Assembly (NCBI GenBank): GCA_002269645.1
Contig: NIVC01001475.1
Location: 186,001 to 250,000, forward strand
Length of the DNA: 64,000 bases
Reading direction: 5' to 3'
Source of the DNA: Macrostomum lignano
Lineage: Eukaryota
This document shows positions 25,603-37,859 of the stretch, one piece after another; position 1 is the stretch's first letter, and each line of letters opens with the position of its first letter. The notes under the pieces are model-generated. The model made no database searches and was not told the origin of the DNA. It saw only the letters and a list, made by a program, of their open reading frames with translations. The position numbers and the translations under genes are program-made.

Positions 25603-26204
25603 CTGCAGCAGCTGTTGTTGTAGCCTAAAAATCGAAAACAAATATTAACGAAAATATTTAGATTGAAAGAAGTCTCAAGGCCCATTGGTACTCCATGACA
25701 AGTATTTTTATATTATTTTAGGTCTTTGTCAAAGTCGAAGATTTAAGCTTTTGTTCAGCTAAACTCTGGTCAATACAAATATGATTATTATTCATCATAT
25801 ATATAGCAACTGATCTTTTATAATCCAAGCAACTGGGGTTTATACACGAAAATTCAACTGGAAGGATATCGTGCCATTCACAGCCATGAGACAGAGTGTA
25901 CGTGCCTGCGTACAGTATTGGCGCGCCTGTATGTGCTCAGAACTCAGTGGAATGGGCAGAACTGACTCACAGCTGCATTGATGTGAGAGGTGTTTACAAG
26001 GTGCCCAGGAAGTGTTCCTCTTGCCAAGATATTTTTTTAGCTGAACTTTCTACTTCTTTAAAACAAGTTCTCAGCTTAGATTTAGGTCAAAATACCGGAC
26101 GGAGTTGCCGAACAATAAACAATTTTGTTAAAAAAAACTACACCTCAAAAGATTGAAAACTCTTCTCATTCTACTTCTAGTAGCCAGCTTTAAGTATAGT
26201 ATTT

Positions 26205-26828
26205 TTAGTTTAAACTTGCAGCAGGAGTTGCCGGAGCAACGTAGACTTCAAAAGATCGTCTGGCGCCATCGCCAGGCACTGGGCCGCCAAGTGGAGTGTA
26301 CAACTGCAGCTCCACCCGGTGCCAGCCGGTTGGCGCAGTAGCCGGAGCTTGCAGACGCAACTGGCAGACGGCGCTTAAGCCTGGAAGCAACGGCGGCAGT
26401 AGCAGACGCTCGGGGCCCAGCGCCAGAGCCCGGCCTCGACGGCAGCGCAAATGACAGCCTGGCGGACTGGAACCGCCTAAACCAGACCGACTACCCGTTG
26501 ATAAGCATCGATTCGTCACTCGGCACGTGGCTATGACGTCATCTTGCGCGAACGGCTGCATTGAAAATGAATCCGAATTGGCGCCAGAAATGAATAACTG
26601 CGGCGAACTAAGCGTTACATCGTCGATGACTAAATCAATTGAGTCAGTAAGTCGGTTATTTAGGCCATAATCGAACTGATCAATTGACTGTGCAATATTC
26701 ACTTGTTGATGCTCGTTGTTATGGCGACACTGACAGGCTGAACTACTAGTATATTGAAGTTGCGATTGCTCCGTTGCTAAGCGACTGAACTGACAAGAGA
26801 GCTGACACTCTACCTCGTCAATTTCCAT
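26205..26828 (-). CDS. Divergent ILRUN/C6orf106-like protein (UBA-like N-terminus + NBR1 FW-like domain), intronless, 207 aa
   Basis: ATG in ACCATGG context. MEIDEVECQLSCQFSRLATE resembles the ILRUN N-terminus, and PPGCHLRCRRG...LPPLLPG...LQAP...QLYTPLG resembles the NBR1-FW pattern. Recognised from memory, not searched. Confidence 0.55.
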   Translation of the reverse strand: MEIDEVECQLSCQFSRLATEQSQLQYTSSSACQCRHNNEHQQVNIAQSIDQFDYGLNNRLTDSIDLVIDDVTLSSPQLFISGANSDSFSMQPFAQDDVIATCRVTNRCLSTGSRSGLGGSSPPGCHLRCRRGRALALGPERLLLPPLLPGLSAVCQLRLQAPATAPTGWHRVELQLYTPLGGPVPGDGARRSFEVYVAPATPAASLN

Positions 26829-27105
26829 GGTCTAGTGACTGTAATAAAGTCAAGAAAACTCACTTTCAGTGTAACTATAGAGCAATTGTCACTGGAGACA
26901 GATTGTGCATAGGTCAGCCACAGAGATATTTACTGAAGCCAGGGTCAGATTGATAACTCTGCAGAAATTCATATTAGATAGTTTTAGAATGCAGATGCAG
27001 TTCAGTTTAAAACATTTATATAGGTTGAATCAAAATAGGACAGGACTAAAATTTGGAGATTCTATTAGTCTGAAAGGGTGGCCTGCCTTAGAGAAATCCT
27101 ATCCT

Positions 27106-27260
27106 TCTGACAGGATAGGTTGGGAAATCAATGTCTCACTGACAGGATAGTTTGGGAAATCACTGTCTCACTGACAGGATAGTTTGGGAAATCACTGTCT
27201 CACTGACAGGATAGGTTGGGAAATCAATGTCTCACTGACAGGATAGGTTGGGAAATAAAT
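27106..27260. repeat. 32-bp tandem repeat, ~4-5 copies
   Basis: ctcactgacaggatagtttgggaaatcactgt. Confidence 0.85.
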
Positions 27261-27564
27261 ATCTAATTGACAATATAAGCTAAGAGAGTCACTATGCCAT
27301 GATAAAAGAGCTAAGGGAATCATTAATGTAACTGATTAGATGGGACTAGAGGAGTAACTTTCTCAATGATAGGATAAGCTAGGAGAATCATTATGTTAAT
27401 AATAAGATAGGCTAAGGAAATCAATCTTATTGATCTTATTGATTAGGTATATTATAGAATCATTGTCTCACTGACAAGGTAGGTTAGGGAAATTACTACT
27501 ATACTATTAAGGAAGATTAGGGTCATTATTCCTAAGGGATATTAAAAAGGATAGATAGCTAATA

Positions 27565-29848
27565 CACCATTTTACCCTCGCTTTTGAACAAACTCCGTTT
27601 CACTTTAGACAGTCGGAACTTCAGTTTAGACACTTTTAGACTGGAGCCCCGAATCTACATTCACTATCAACAAACTTTGTTTCAGTATCGACAGCTAAGC
27701 TTTGTGGTGCTACACTTCTATCTATTTACATAGGCAAGTAAGGAAACGCACATCCAGATCTAGGCGAAACTCCCTTTCACTTTCGACAAACGCCACTTCT
27801 TAAACAGTCTATGGTCTAAGCTGCTGAAACTCCGTTTCACTTTAGTCAACCAACATTCAAGATAGACAAGATACATTCACTTTAGACATGAACTCACACG
27901 GGAGGTGTGCAAAGGTTTCTTAAGCATGTTCATGGAAATTTCCAAGGATAAAAACTTTCATTGTAACGGAAGATGGCGTGCAACGAGGATTTTTTTATCA
28001 ATAAACAGTTAGTTTGGCGGCCTAATTTAAAAGGCATTTGAGAATGCAGGACTGTTCCGAAAAAAAATTGTTTAACAGCGTCGTGATTAAAACGGCAAAG
28101 CCAGCAGAAGCGAAACGATAGTTCAGCGATGGGTTCTGATTTCCATTAGCCATCAATTGGCTGAGACGCCAAGCACCGTGGCAGATACCTGAAGCAATGG
28201 CTGAGCCACCGTGCCACCTCTGGAGTGATGCAGTTGGCGGTGCCGTCCACCTCACGGAGTAGAATGTCTCGGCGGTACGCCGCCAGGCTGCGACCAGCAA
28301 GCTGCTGCTCGGTCGGCCTGATGAAGGAATCTTGGATCGCCGACAGTCGACGCTTCAGAGCCGCCTTCCAGCATGATATCGCGTTCTCAACTTGGGTGAG
28401 AAATGGGCTGTAGGGTGGCAGTCGTCTCACTTCCACAGCGTCTTCGACCTCGTAGCTTTCGGCGTCATTGTGGCTGCTGACGTTGTCTATGACAACACTG
28501 ATGCTGCTGTCCGGAAACACGCTGTGGAAGTTGGCGATTGTGATTGTGAGAAACTCGCCGAATCTCTCCTTTGTCATGCCGCTGTCGTATGACTGGAAGT
28601 GCACGATTCCAGCAGCCGGGCTTACTGCCAGGCAGACGGTGATGCGCTGTCCCTTCTGTCCAGAAACCTGTCGGTAACACGCACTGTCCACGAAGAGATC
28701 GTCCATAGGATCGCCGCATCCATGTGTTGAAGACAAACTCGTCAATAAATATCTTCTCTGTGTCAGATGCTTCGGGCGAGCACATCCACTGAGCAAATTG
28801 CTCACGAGCGGCTACAACCCTTGGCGAGTTGCGCTCAGCTGGAAGATCTCGTGCCAGCTTCGTTGTGAACAGTGCACCGTCGAGTTTTATGCTCAGTGTC
28901 TTTTCTGAGACATGCTGCTTCTCAGGAAAAGCTTGTCTGAGCATGGTGTTCATCTCTTTCAGAGTCAGCAATGGATTCTGCTCCACGATTGCGCACAAAT
29001 ATTCTTGCATCTCACCATCCCACTTCACATTCTTGGCTCCGCCGCACGAAAGCTTCTCCACTCGTCCACTCCTCACAATTGAATATGCGGTCGTTCTTTT
29101 GATGTCTGCAAGTTGAGAGGCCAGTAGGATAAAATCTTCACCCTTCTGGTAAGTGGAGAGAAGTCGCTGCATGCCTGTCATGGTTGCTCACTGGCTGTCG
29201 CTGTTGCGCTGGAGCCTCGTCTTCAAAGTCGCTTTCACTTTCGTCTTCGTAACCAGGCTCCTCTTCTAGGTACGAATCTTCACTGCCCTCCATCTTTTTC
29301 AGGGCTTGCTTTAGCGAATATCTTTAGCGAATAGGCTTCAGTGTTTGGAGCGAAGGGAGAGTAGGCTGAGACTTTGGTTTGGAACTTTGGTAAGGTCTGG
29401 CCGGCGACCCTGCCACCCCACACTGTTCAAAGGGGTGAAAAGGGTGTCTTAAAAGGTATCTATGGTCAAAACCCCTCTTTCAGCCAACATTAGGCGTAAA
29501 CAAATGACGCATCTAAGAATCTGTCTAAAGTGAATGTATCTTGTCTATCTTGAATGTTGGTTGACTAAAGTGAAACGGAGTTTCAGCAGCTTAGACCATA
29601 GACTGTTTAAGGAGAAGTGGCATTTGTCGAAAGTGAAAGGGAGTTTCGCCTAGATCTGGATGTGCGTTTCCTTACTTGCCTATGTAAATAGATAGAAGTG
29701 TAGCACCACAAAGCTTAGCTGTCGATACTGAAACAAAGTTTGTTGATAGTGAATGTAGATTCGGGGCTCCAGTCTAAAAGTGTCTAAACTGAAGTTCCCA
29801 CTATCTAAAGTGAAACGGAGTTTGTTCAAAAGCGAGGGTAAAATGGTG
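27565..29848 (-). mobile_element. IS630/Tc1-superfamily DNA transposon with ~325-bp TIRs and TA TSD
   Basis: 27565-27888 is nearly the exact reverse complement of 29522-29848; TA at 27563-64 and 29849-50; internal direct repeats AACTCCGTTTCACTTTAG. Confidence 0.95.
28146..29293 (-). pseudogene. DDE transposase with two frameshifts
   Basis: HTH (QRLLSTYQKGEDF...KRTTAYSIVR), FIDE, VIDNVSSH and LPPYSPFLTQVEN motifs; a 4-nt insertion near 29170 and a 1-nt shift near 28680. Confidence 0.88.
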
Positions 29849-30951
29849 TATAAGAATGCTAATATACCTACTAGTATATAGCTACAGTATATATATATTT
29901 AATATTTTTACCTTGTCTAAGCCTAATTAATAATTATATATTTAAATTTGTTTAGTATACTTAAAGAACTATATCTCCAAAGGGCAAATACAAGAGAATC
30001 ATATATCTTTAAAGATAGCTAGATAGGTTGGTTTAGAATCTTATAAATGTAAGTCCCTAGCTTAGGGCCTACTGCTTAGTTAATATTTAATAATATAGGC
30101 CTAGAGTTTATTGTATTAGGCCTAGATCTAGGCCCTATATTTTAAAAACTTGAAAAAATTTAAATTAGGTCTAATAAGTTGTATCAATTGGCCTTAAGCT
30201 ATTTTTGTAAGTATTAGGCCTTGGCCTATGATATCATAATAATAAGCTAAAACAAGTCATAACCATAAGATCGCTAGGCGTAATAATAGTACTATTTGCT
30301 TGAGACTTAAATAAGGCTTTAGATAGATATAGGCCCAGGCCTTAGCCCTTAGGCTTAGTCTTAGAAAAAATAAAAAAGTAGCCTATAAAATTTTGATTAT
30401 AAATTTGCAAAATTCAAAAATAGGTCTAGTCAACTAGCCTATAAGATAGCTGTATTTATATAAGTAAACTAAATGAAATTAAATTAAATGAATCAAAAAG
30501 AAAACAAACAGTAGGCCCCTAAGCCTATATTAAGCCAAGGGCTACCAAAGCCAAAAGGCAAAGTATAATTTTCAAAATTTTTATTGAACAAATAGTCTTG
30601 TCTATAATTTACAACTTTACATTAGCAAATTAAAATTACTAGGTCACTAGGCTAGATAGGCCTAGGCCTACTTGTCTACTAAGTGTCTTACATATACAGT
30701 ATTAGGCCCTGGGAAATTGTTAGGCCTACAATCTACATTATCCTTTTTAAGTAGGGCCTAAAAAACAATGCTCTGTTGTTGCTATAGGGCCTAGTTTAGA
30801 GCTAAGGGCCTAGCTAGGCCCATTTAAGATTTAGCCTTATGATGATTCAGGCTTTCTCTGACTTATAGTTTGCTATACCTATAAATGTCTTATTTAAACC
30901 GAATTTAAATAAGCCTAGGCCTAAATTAGCCTGCCACGAGCGATGCAGCGA

Positions 30952-33309
30952 GGTACCCGGTAAAATGCGGAATCCGCAACGGAATCGGAATGGAATAGTA
31001 CGGTAAAACGCGGAATCCGCAGCGGAATGGTAAACTGCGGAACGAAGTGCGGATTCCGCATATTAAAGTAAAACGCGGAATGCGAAAATAAAAAAAGTAA
31101 AATGCGGAATGAAAACTAACTGAATTATACTTTTATTCATCACCTTATATTTAAAAAAACATCTGAAATTTATGTACATTTTTGCTGAACAAATTGTTTT
31201 TCATTGTCACTAAGACACTCAAATCAAATCTGTTGATCTTCCCTTAGCAAAATCCTCAGCAGAATGGTTAAGATACAGTAATTTTCGGAATGAAGATAGA
31301 GCTTTGGCAACTTATTTAAGGTAAATTCGTACTCTGGAAGCGAAAGTGCATACTACGTACAATTTTTATATTTAATGTATTTCAAAAGTGCCCGCTGACA
31401 TGTGGCGAGAAGTCATCCTACATCCTATTGCTGTAAAAAAAATCGTAGCATTAAATGTGCATTTCTTAAAAAAAATTATATCCGAAACTTTAGGACAAGA
31501 TAGATTTTAGCGAAGCTAAAATTACGATTTGCAAGACGCTTTTACGTTTTTAGTGTCAAGAAAGGCAATAAATAGTACAAGGAAGCATGGAAAGTCAGAT
31601 CAGTCAGATCAGTATGGAAGGTCAGTACCCTCTGGGAAAATCGCCGGCGAATCGCAAGCGAATTGTCAGCGAGACAGCGAAGTAGTGGCGACATTTTTTT
31701 TTCTTCATTTCCCAAATACTGCGCTATCGCACTCAGACAACTGAAGAAAATATGATTGTTCTTTTTATACACAGTAACTTTAATGATGGAGTTATTATTA
31801 TTTTTGTTTCGTATGTGAGAGCATATTTTGCTAAATTTTCCATCTTTTGGTTTCTAAATTTTGTTGTAAAACACTGACGCCTTAATAATTTGATTAGACA
31901 ATTTTGTATGACATTTTTTTTGTTTTGCACAAGCTAAAATCCCTGCGCAACTGTAATGGTGATTATATTGTAAAGATTGTTTGGCTTAGTTTTCATGTAT
32001 TGTATTCATCATCCTTATTGGGTCATTTACTATTTGGTTATGAGAGATTAGAGACTAATATCCGATGGCCATGGCACAATATATTCGACAAATAAGTTTT
32101 TGTTAGTATGTCAAACTACTAAAGGAAACAAAGTGACCTAAGCTAACTGAAAAAAGACAATTAGAATAATCTTTCGAAATAGTAACCAATTCCTTTTTGG
32201 AACGACTACTAAATGACTACTAAAATTATGTTAAATCATGTTCGTGTGCTAAATTTACTGTCCATAATTCCATTTAAATTGTCAAAAAGGATCTAGTCTA
32301 TAAACGTGGCTTGGTCGCTTTCTAGTTTCTTTTAGTTGGACCCTTGTCAGCAGCCTCCTAACTCGTGCACCAATCAAATTTGCAATGCGCTTTTTTATTA
32401 GTTATTTAGTTTTTTGTCGACGTTTAACTAGTAATTACAGACTGCAGTCTTTTAGAGTTGGGTGAGGGAACTGAAATTGAAGCCAAGCTGATTATGCTTG
32501 TGACTGATTAAAGCCTACGGCTGTTGTTCAACTGCTGGGCTGTTGTTTCGGGTCATAGTCACATAGAGGCTCTACCCGCACACCCGTAAAGCGGGTTGTT
32601 GTCGCCTGTAAACCCTCTTCGGAACTTAATCTCGTGGGCTTTGTCCACAGAAAAGTTAATGCATAGATTCAATCAAACAGTACATTTAGAAAATTAGCTG
32701 TTAATAGTTGGTCGCATCAAAAAGGATGTCCAGGAAAGGGTTTTGCTTGTACGTTAGGTTCCCTTGTAGCACATTTTGGCACTTGGAAATCAGGCCAGGT
32801 CCATGCATAAGCACTTTTTAATATCATGATATATTGTGATAAACTGGCGCGGAAGCCTAGCGCAAGTGAGCATCATGGTAACACTTCCGAATGCATTTGC
32901 AAGATAGGCAAATGGAATATTTAAACATTTCTTGCAAAGAAATTTATTTCTGTATTTTTAGCGTATACTTATTTCCGAAAACTGCACAATATGTTGTTAA
33001 TATACATTCCGATGATAGAAACTTTATTTGACACTACAAAAAATCAGCTTCTAAATAAATTAAGCTATTTATACATGTAGCTAGATAGCTATTTGTAGTC
33101 TTTAGTACATGTTGATGTTGATGAATAAAAGTATAATTCAGTTAATTTTCATTCCGCATTTTACTTTTTTCATTTTCGCATTCCGCGTTTTACTTTAATA
33201 TGCGGAATCCGCACTTCGTTCCGCAGTTTACCATTCCGCTGCGGATTCCGCGTTTTACCGTACTATTCCATTCCGATTCCGTTGCGGATTCCGCATTTTA
33301 CCGGGTACC
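30952..33309. mobile_element. Non-autonomous TIR element, 191-bp TIRs, bounded by GGTACC
   Basis: 30952-31142 is the reverse complement of 33119-33309 (ATGCGGAAT-type subrepeats); no long internal ORF. Confidence 0.9.
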
Positions 33310-33818
33310 CAGGCCCTAGGCCTTAAATGCATCATATATGCATTATGCTATTTAACGCAATACACTAGGCACAAGCCTAAAGCAAATTTATTAATCATAC
33401 TCAGGACAGGGCAAGGCACACCGAATGTCCTACCCAGCAGGCAGCAGCCCAGAGTCTGAAAATTTAAGTAAATTCGACTTACTCGAAGGTCTGGCTATTA
33501 ATTGCTTTCGAAGAAAATCAAGGAAATCATGTGATTCAACCTCACCATATACGCGAACTATTTTATCCTACTTAAATCAGTAGTAGCACCAGCATAAGCA
33601 TTGAAAAAATACTAAGAAAAATTTCCCGTGACTTAATTTTTTTATCGAGCCAGAAGATCTGAATCGGTTTTCGTAAACTTTTTTACTACCTAATTCGGAA
33701 AAAAATATCTAAAAATCTTAGCGCTCGACAGTAGCAGTTAATGCGCTCGTGTCGTGCTCGTGACTTTCTGAAATTATTTTGTCTCCCCTTCCCTTTTGAC
33801 TCTGCTGTTATGTATATA

Positions 33819-33951
33819 ATCTTTGTCTGTTCTTTTGGTTCCTATGGCAGAGAAAGGCCGAGGACGCTGTTCTCAGGCCGAGGCGAAGCCGAGGCCTTAG
33901 AATTGCGTCTGAGGTCTTTCTGCCATAGACACCAAAAGAACAGACGAAGAT
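33819..33951. mobile_element. Short hairpin MITE (~40-bp TIR containing CTATGG/CCATAG)
   Basis: ATCTTTGTCTGTTCTTTTGGTTCCTATGGCAGAGAAAGGCC / GGTCTTTCTGCCATAGACACCAAAAGAACAGACGAAGAT. Confidence 0.8.
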
Positions 33952-33964
33952 CGTACTTAATCTA

Positions 33965-34625
33965 CAGATATTGGAAGCGACTGGGAGTGGGAGTGAGGTA
34001 TTCGTCAAAAGCGGGGGTGTGGTGGCGCAGCCCCCCACATTTAACCATAGACATAAAAATTAAAGTAAAAGATTCGATGCTTAAATTAAAAGCGAGAAAG
34101 GAAAGGTTTGGGCAGCTTGGGCACACCCCAGATCATGAGCGCTGCCTTCCGTGCATTTATAAAATCTACGACGGCTACCGACCGGAGCAATGTAAGCACG
34201 ACAACCTCTTTCTGACTTGGTTTCGAAGTGAGTCTGCCATTAAGAGCGACAGATGGTACAAGAATGGACCTATCGGCCGGCATACTCTCGACTCCATTGT
34301 GGCGAATATCACCAAGCCCGTGTCTACGGATGGTAAATTCTCAAACCAGTCTCTAAGGAAGACTTGTGCCAGCACGTTGCATCGGGCTGGACTGGCTAGG
34401 GACGATATAGCCCGCGTCACTGGACATTCGTCCAACGCTATTGAGAGGTACATACGGCTAGACGTCCAGGACCATTCGCGTATGACCTACGCTCTACACG
34501 CCGGAGGAGCCGTGGAGTCCAATGGGCGGACCAATGAGCAAGATGTCGTGTCTGAAGGTACTACCAAGAAGATGCGCATGACTGTCCACGGTGACACCAA
34601 CACCGTAGAAATCATGTTCGAGTGA
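33965..34625 (+). CDS. Tyrosine recombinase catalytic domain, Crypton/DUF3504-like (5' end uncertain, possibly partial)
   Basis: RC..IYKIY...RP...LFL...WYKNGPIGRHTL...FSNQSLRKTCASTL..AG....IARVTGHSS..IERY matches the HxLR / GH / Y box of Crypton-type YRs, with His replaced by Gln. The listed ORF's N-terminus runs through a MITE. Confidence 0.8.
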
Positions 34626-34995
34626 ATCGGCAAGAATGAATTGGTATTTACTGCTGTTGATAGTTTATACTTCTAATGGACTAACTGACAAATTATAGTC
34701 GTTCTAAAATGTCCTCAGGCCTTGTTCTTAGGCCTGTTAACCGGTTAACAGGCCTCGTTTTGAGTTCTCAGGCTTCGTTTTTTAGTGAGGTTTGGCCATA
34801 GACTATCGTTCCACTAGAAAAGAAGGAGCCTAGGAATTTAGTGTGAACCGTCATATCTGTAGGTTAAATGTCATTAACTGCCCGCTAATTTGCATTAAAG
34901 TAAGTGTGACTCCTGCAAGCGGGCTTAAATGTAGTCTATGGCATTGAAAGGCAAGAGTAAGTGCCCAGCGGGCACAAAGGTCATGGTACAATATA

Positions 34996-35992
34996 CACTC
35001 AGCAACATTGAAAGTTTCCACCTTAGCGCGAGAAGGGTCAACGTTTTAGTGGGTGGAGATATTCGTGGTTTGAGCCATAGACAAATATATAATCCGGATT
35101 CAAACGAAGCAAAGGAACAGCAAAGAAACAAAGTACGCGAGCATGGGTGACAACTTGCCCAGAACAGGGTCAGTAACCCGTATAGCAGCCACGTGCGTAC
35201 AGCAGAGTGCTCACTCTCCGGGGCATCCCCAGAAAATCTTGCGGTAGTTGTTGCCATGCAGTAGACAGTGATTCGCGCAGTTGGGCAACGTTTTGCGGCG
35301 GATTGTCGCGCCGAATCGAGCACCGCCACTGCTGCTGCCTCCAGTGGATCCTTTGCATGCCCATTGTTCCCAGCTGGCCACATGATGGCATAGGTTGGGG
35401 TCAGGCGTGGCCGTTTGCGCATCTTACGACTATCGTCGTCGGATGGTTTGGGCGCTCAGGATATTCCCTCGCCTGCTCCTTTCAGCCCACATCAGCCGTA
35501 GCTGCAGGGTGGCTGGCAATGTGGGGCTTCCCTTCACCATTCGCAGCAATCGCCGGTCCGCCCTCCTAGTTGTGTTGCGCATATTGAGCCGCCGGCCGCG
35601 CGTGGCGTGCGCCACGCTGCCTGTTTCTCTGCACTTGATCTACAGTTTGCGGACTGCTGTGTGCGACCGCCCAATTTGGCGAGCAACAGCTCGGATGGAC
35701 ATCCCGGCGTCCAACACATGCCAATGGCGCGCGCTCGTTCCAGGTCGGTCATTTGGCGAACCATTGCGTGGAACGTGGATTTTAGACTCCTGTAAGCTGC
35801 TGCTGTCTGCTCCGTGTAACTGTTTCCTTCGACCTGTCTGGCGTCTATGATCCAAGTTTCTTTCTATGGCCCAAGTGCGTGTTGACGAAATCATCAATCG
35901 TCTATGGCACAAGTCTGGCGACAAAACCAGTTTTGAAACTCTAAATATACACGGCTGGCGCGAGGGTGGAAAATTTTCAATTTTGCTGAGTG
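34996..35992 (-). mobile_element. Internally deleted Tc1 element (TA TSD)
   Basis: TIR CACTCAGCAACATTGAAAGTTTCCACC at both ends; paired-like HTH (ERARAIGMLDAGMSIRAVARQIGRSH) and C-terminal (AWQQLPQ..MPRRV....GCYTGY) remnants. Confidence 0.88.
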
Positions 35993-36328
35993 TATATTCG
36001 ATGCATTTAATTCCCTATAGTCCGCTTCAATATGCACATAAATCATATAATATATAGCTATATGTATTCTAACTCAATGCTCATAATTCGCATAGCTACT
36101 GTGAATAGCACGTGTATAGCTCTAGCTCGTAGTTTAATCGACTTGGTAGTGATGGAGCGCATAAACTATACCTCTATTATTTTCTTTATTCTCAAACCCC
36201 CTTACGCAACTTTTAGTCCCCTTTAGACAGGTAAAATTCTCCTCGTAGCCATGTGTTCTCATTAATAATCATCACGCATGTACTCCTCTCTCTCTCTCTC
36301 GATCTCTCCTGCCTGACCTGCAGCTCAG

Positions 36329-37762
36329 GGGGGTGTTTCTCGAAACTCACGTAAGTTCTATGGTAAGTTAGATCGTAAGAAAGAAATTTACGTGTAGCGT
36401 AAGTTTGCTCGTAAGACGCTTTCTCAAAACTCACTTAGACTTTGCGTGGCTTACGCTGTTCGTAAGTAATATCTGAAACGAAAAGTTGCATGTCTATGGT
36501 CATAAATCTGTAAATATCTTTACTTTGTCTATCGTAAGTTGCTTGGGTACCTCTCATTTCGCCGATTCTCGTTTCGCCGATTCTCGTTTCGCCGAATCTC
36601 ATTTCGCCGATTCTCGGTTCCCCGACATTCTCATTTCGCCGATTCTCGGTTCCCCGACATTCTCATTTCGCCGATTCTCATTTCGCCGACATTTTAATTT
36701 CGCCGATTCTCGTTTCGCCGACATTCTCATTTCGCCGATTCTCGTTTCGCCGACATTCTCATTTCGCCGATTCTCGGTTCGCCGAAATTAGTTTCATAAC
36801 CATCTGGACATTAGACCATATACAACTACACTAATGCAAGTGTGATTTAGATGTCTATGGCTTGAAAAATAAAGTTAAAATTAGGAATTCTTCCTTCTGT
36901 ATAGTCGATGGTAATCCTTCTGCATAGTCTATGGTAAAAAGTCTATAGCCAGTGGTATATATGTATGGTAGGAGGTTGAGGAATAACATCCAACTTTCAA
37001 GCAAACGCACCATGGCTCAAGCAGCACTACAATTAGCTACTTTTGTCCCAAGTTCGCGTGGAGGGCAGCTGCTTCACATTATGGGATATTTGTACCGGCT
37101 CGATAAGAAGACTGAAGCAAAAGCATTTTACAAGTGTCGCCGCGAAGGTTGCAATGCCAGGGCCATCGTCGAGGGTGGATAGGTGTCGCACACGAGTGGA
37201 GAGCATCGTCATGCAATTGATGAAACTGAAGCCCAGAGAATGGCAAACGTATCTTGGATTAAATTAAATGCCCGTAAGCCCAAATGGGCTGCAAAAAGCT
37301 ATATTACCAATACAATACTTTATTTTTCAAGCCATAGACATCTAAATCACACTTGCATTAGTGTAGTTTTCTATGGTCTAATGTCCAGATGGTTATGAAA
37401 CTAATTTCGGCGAACCGAGAATCGGCGAAATGAGAATGTCGGCGAAACGAGAATCGGCGAAATGAGAATGTCGGCGAACCGAGAATCGGCGAAATGAGAT
37501 TCGGCGAAACGAGAATCGGCGAAACGAGAATCGGCGAAACGAGAATCGGCGAAATGAGAGGTACCCGTTAAGATCAACCTTACGAAAGACCATAGACATA
37601 CGAACGTTTCGAGAAACAGTCTTTTGCGCAAAGTTACGAACTCGTAAAGTTGCGATCAATCTTACGCATAGCTAACTTGCGAGCCCTTCGAGCAACCCGT
37701 AAGTGTAGCTTACCCAACTTACGTCTATGGTCGATCGTAAGTTGCTTTCGAGAAAGACCCCC
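36329..37762. mobile_element. PIF/Harbinger-type MITE with CAG TSD, carrying a nested element
   Basis: GGGGGTGTTTCTCGAAA...TTTCGAGAAAGACCCCC flanked by CAG on both sides; CGTAAG/CTTACG subrepeats. Confidence 0.7.
36546..37565 (+). mobile_element. TIR element with a FLYWCH zinc-finger fragment (Mutator-like), bounded by GGTACC
   Basis: Arms 36546-36873 and 37318-37565 built of TTTCGCCGATTCTC repeats; interior SSRGGQLLHIMGYLYRLDK....FYKCRREGCNARA....H.H. Confidence 0.8.
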
Positions 37763-37859
37763 CAGATCCTCCGATTACGTCCTCCGCCGCGCGCTCGAGA
37801 AAGAAGACGGTTTTGTCGTCGCACGCCGCAGGAGCTGACGTTTCCCCGGTGTCACGATC

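Noticed and set aside
31150-33110. Transposase remnant inside the GGTACC-bounded element
   Set aside because: Only scattered Cys/His-containing fragments; no recognisable catalytic motif.
33741-33960. N-terminal ~75 aa of the 294-aa ORF as part of the recombinase
   Set aside because: It is read through a hairpin MITE (near-mirror translations on both strands), so it is probably fortuitous.
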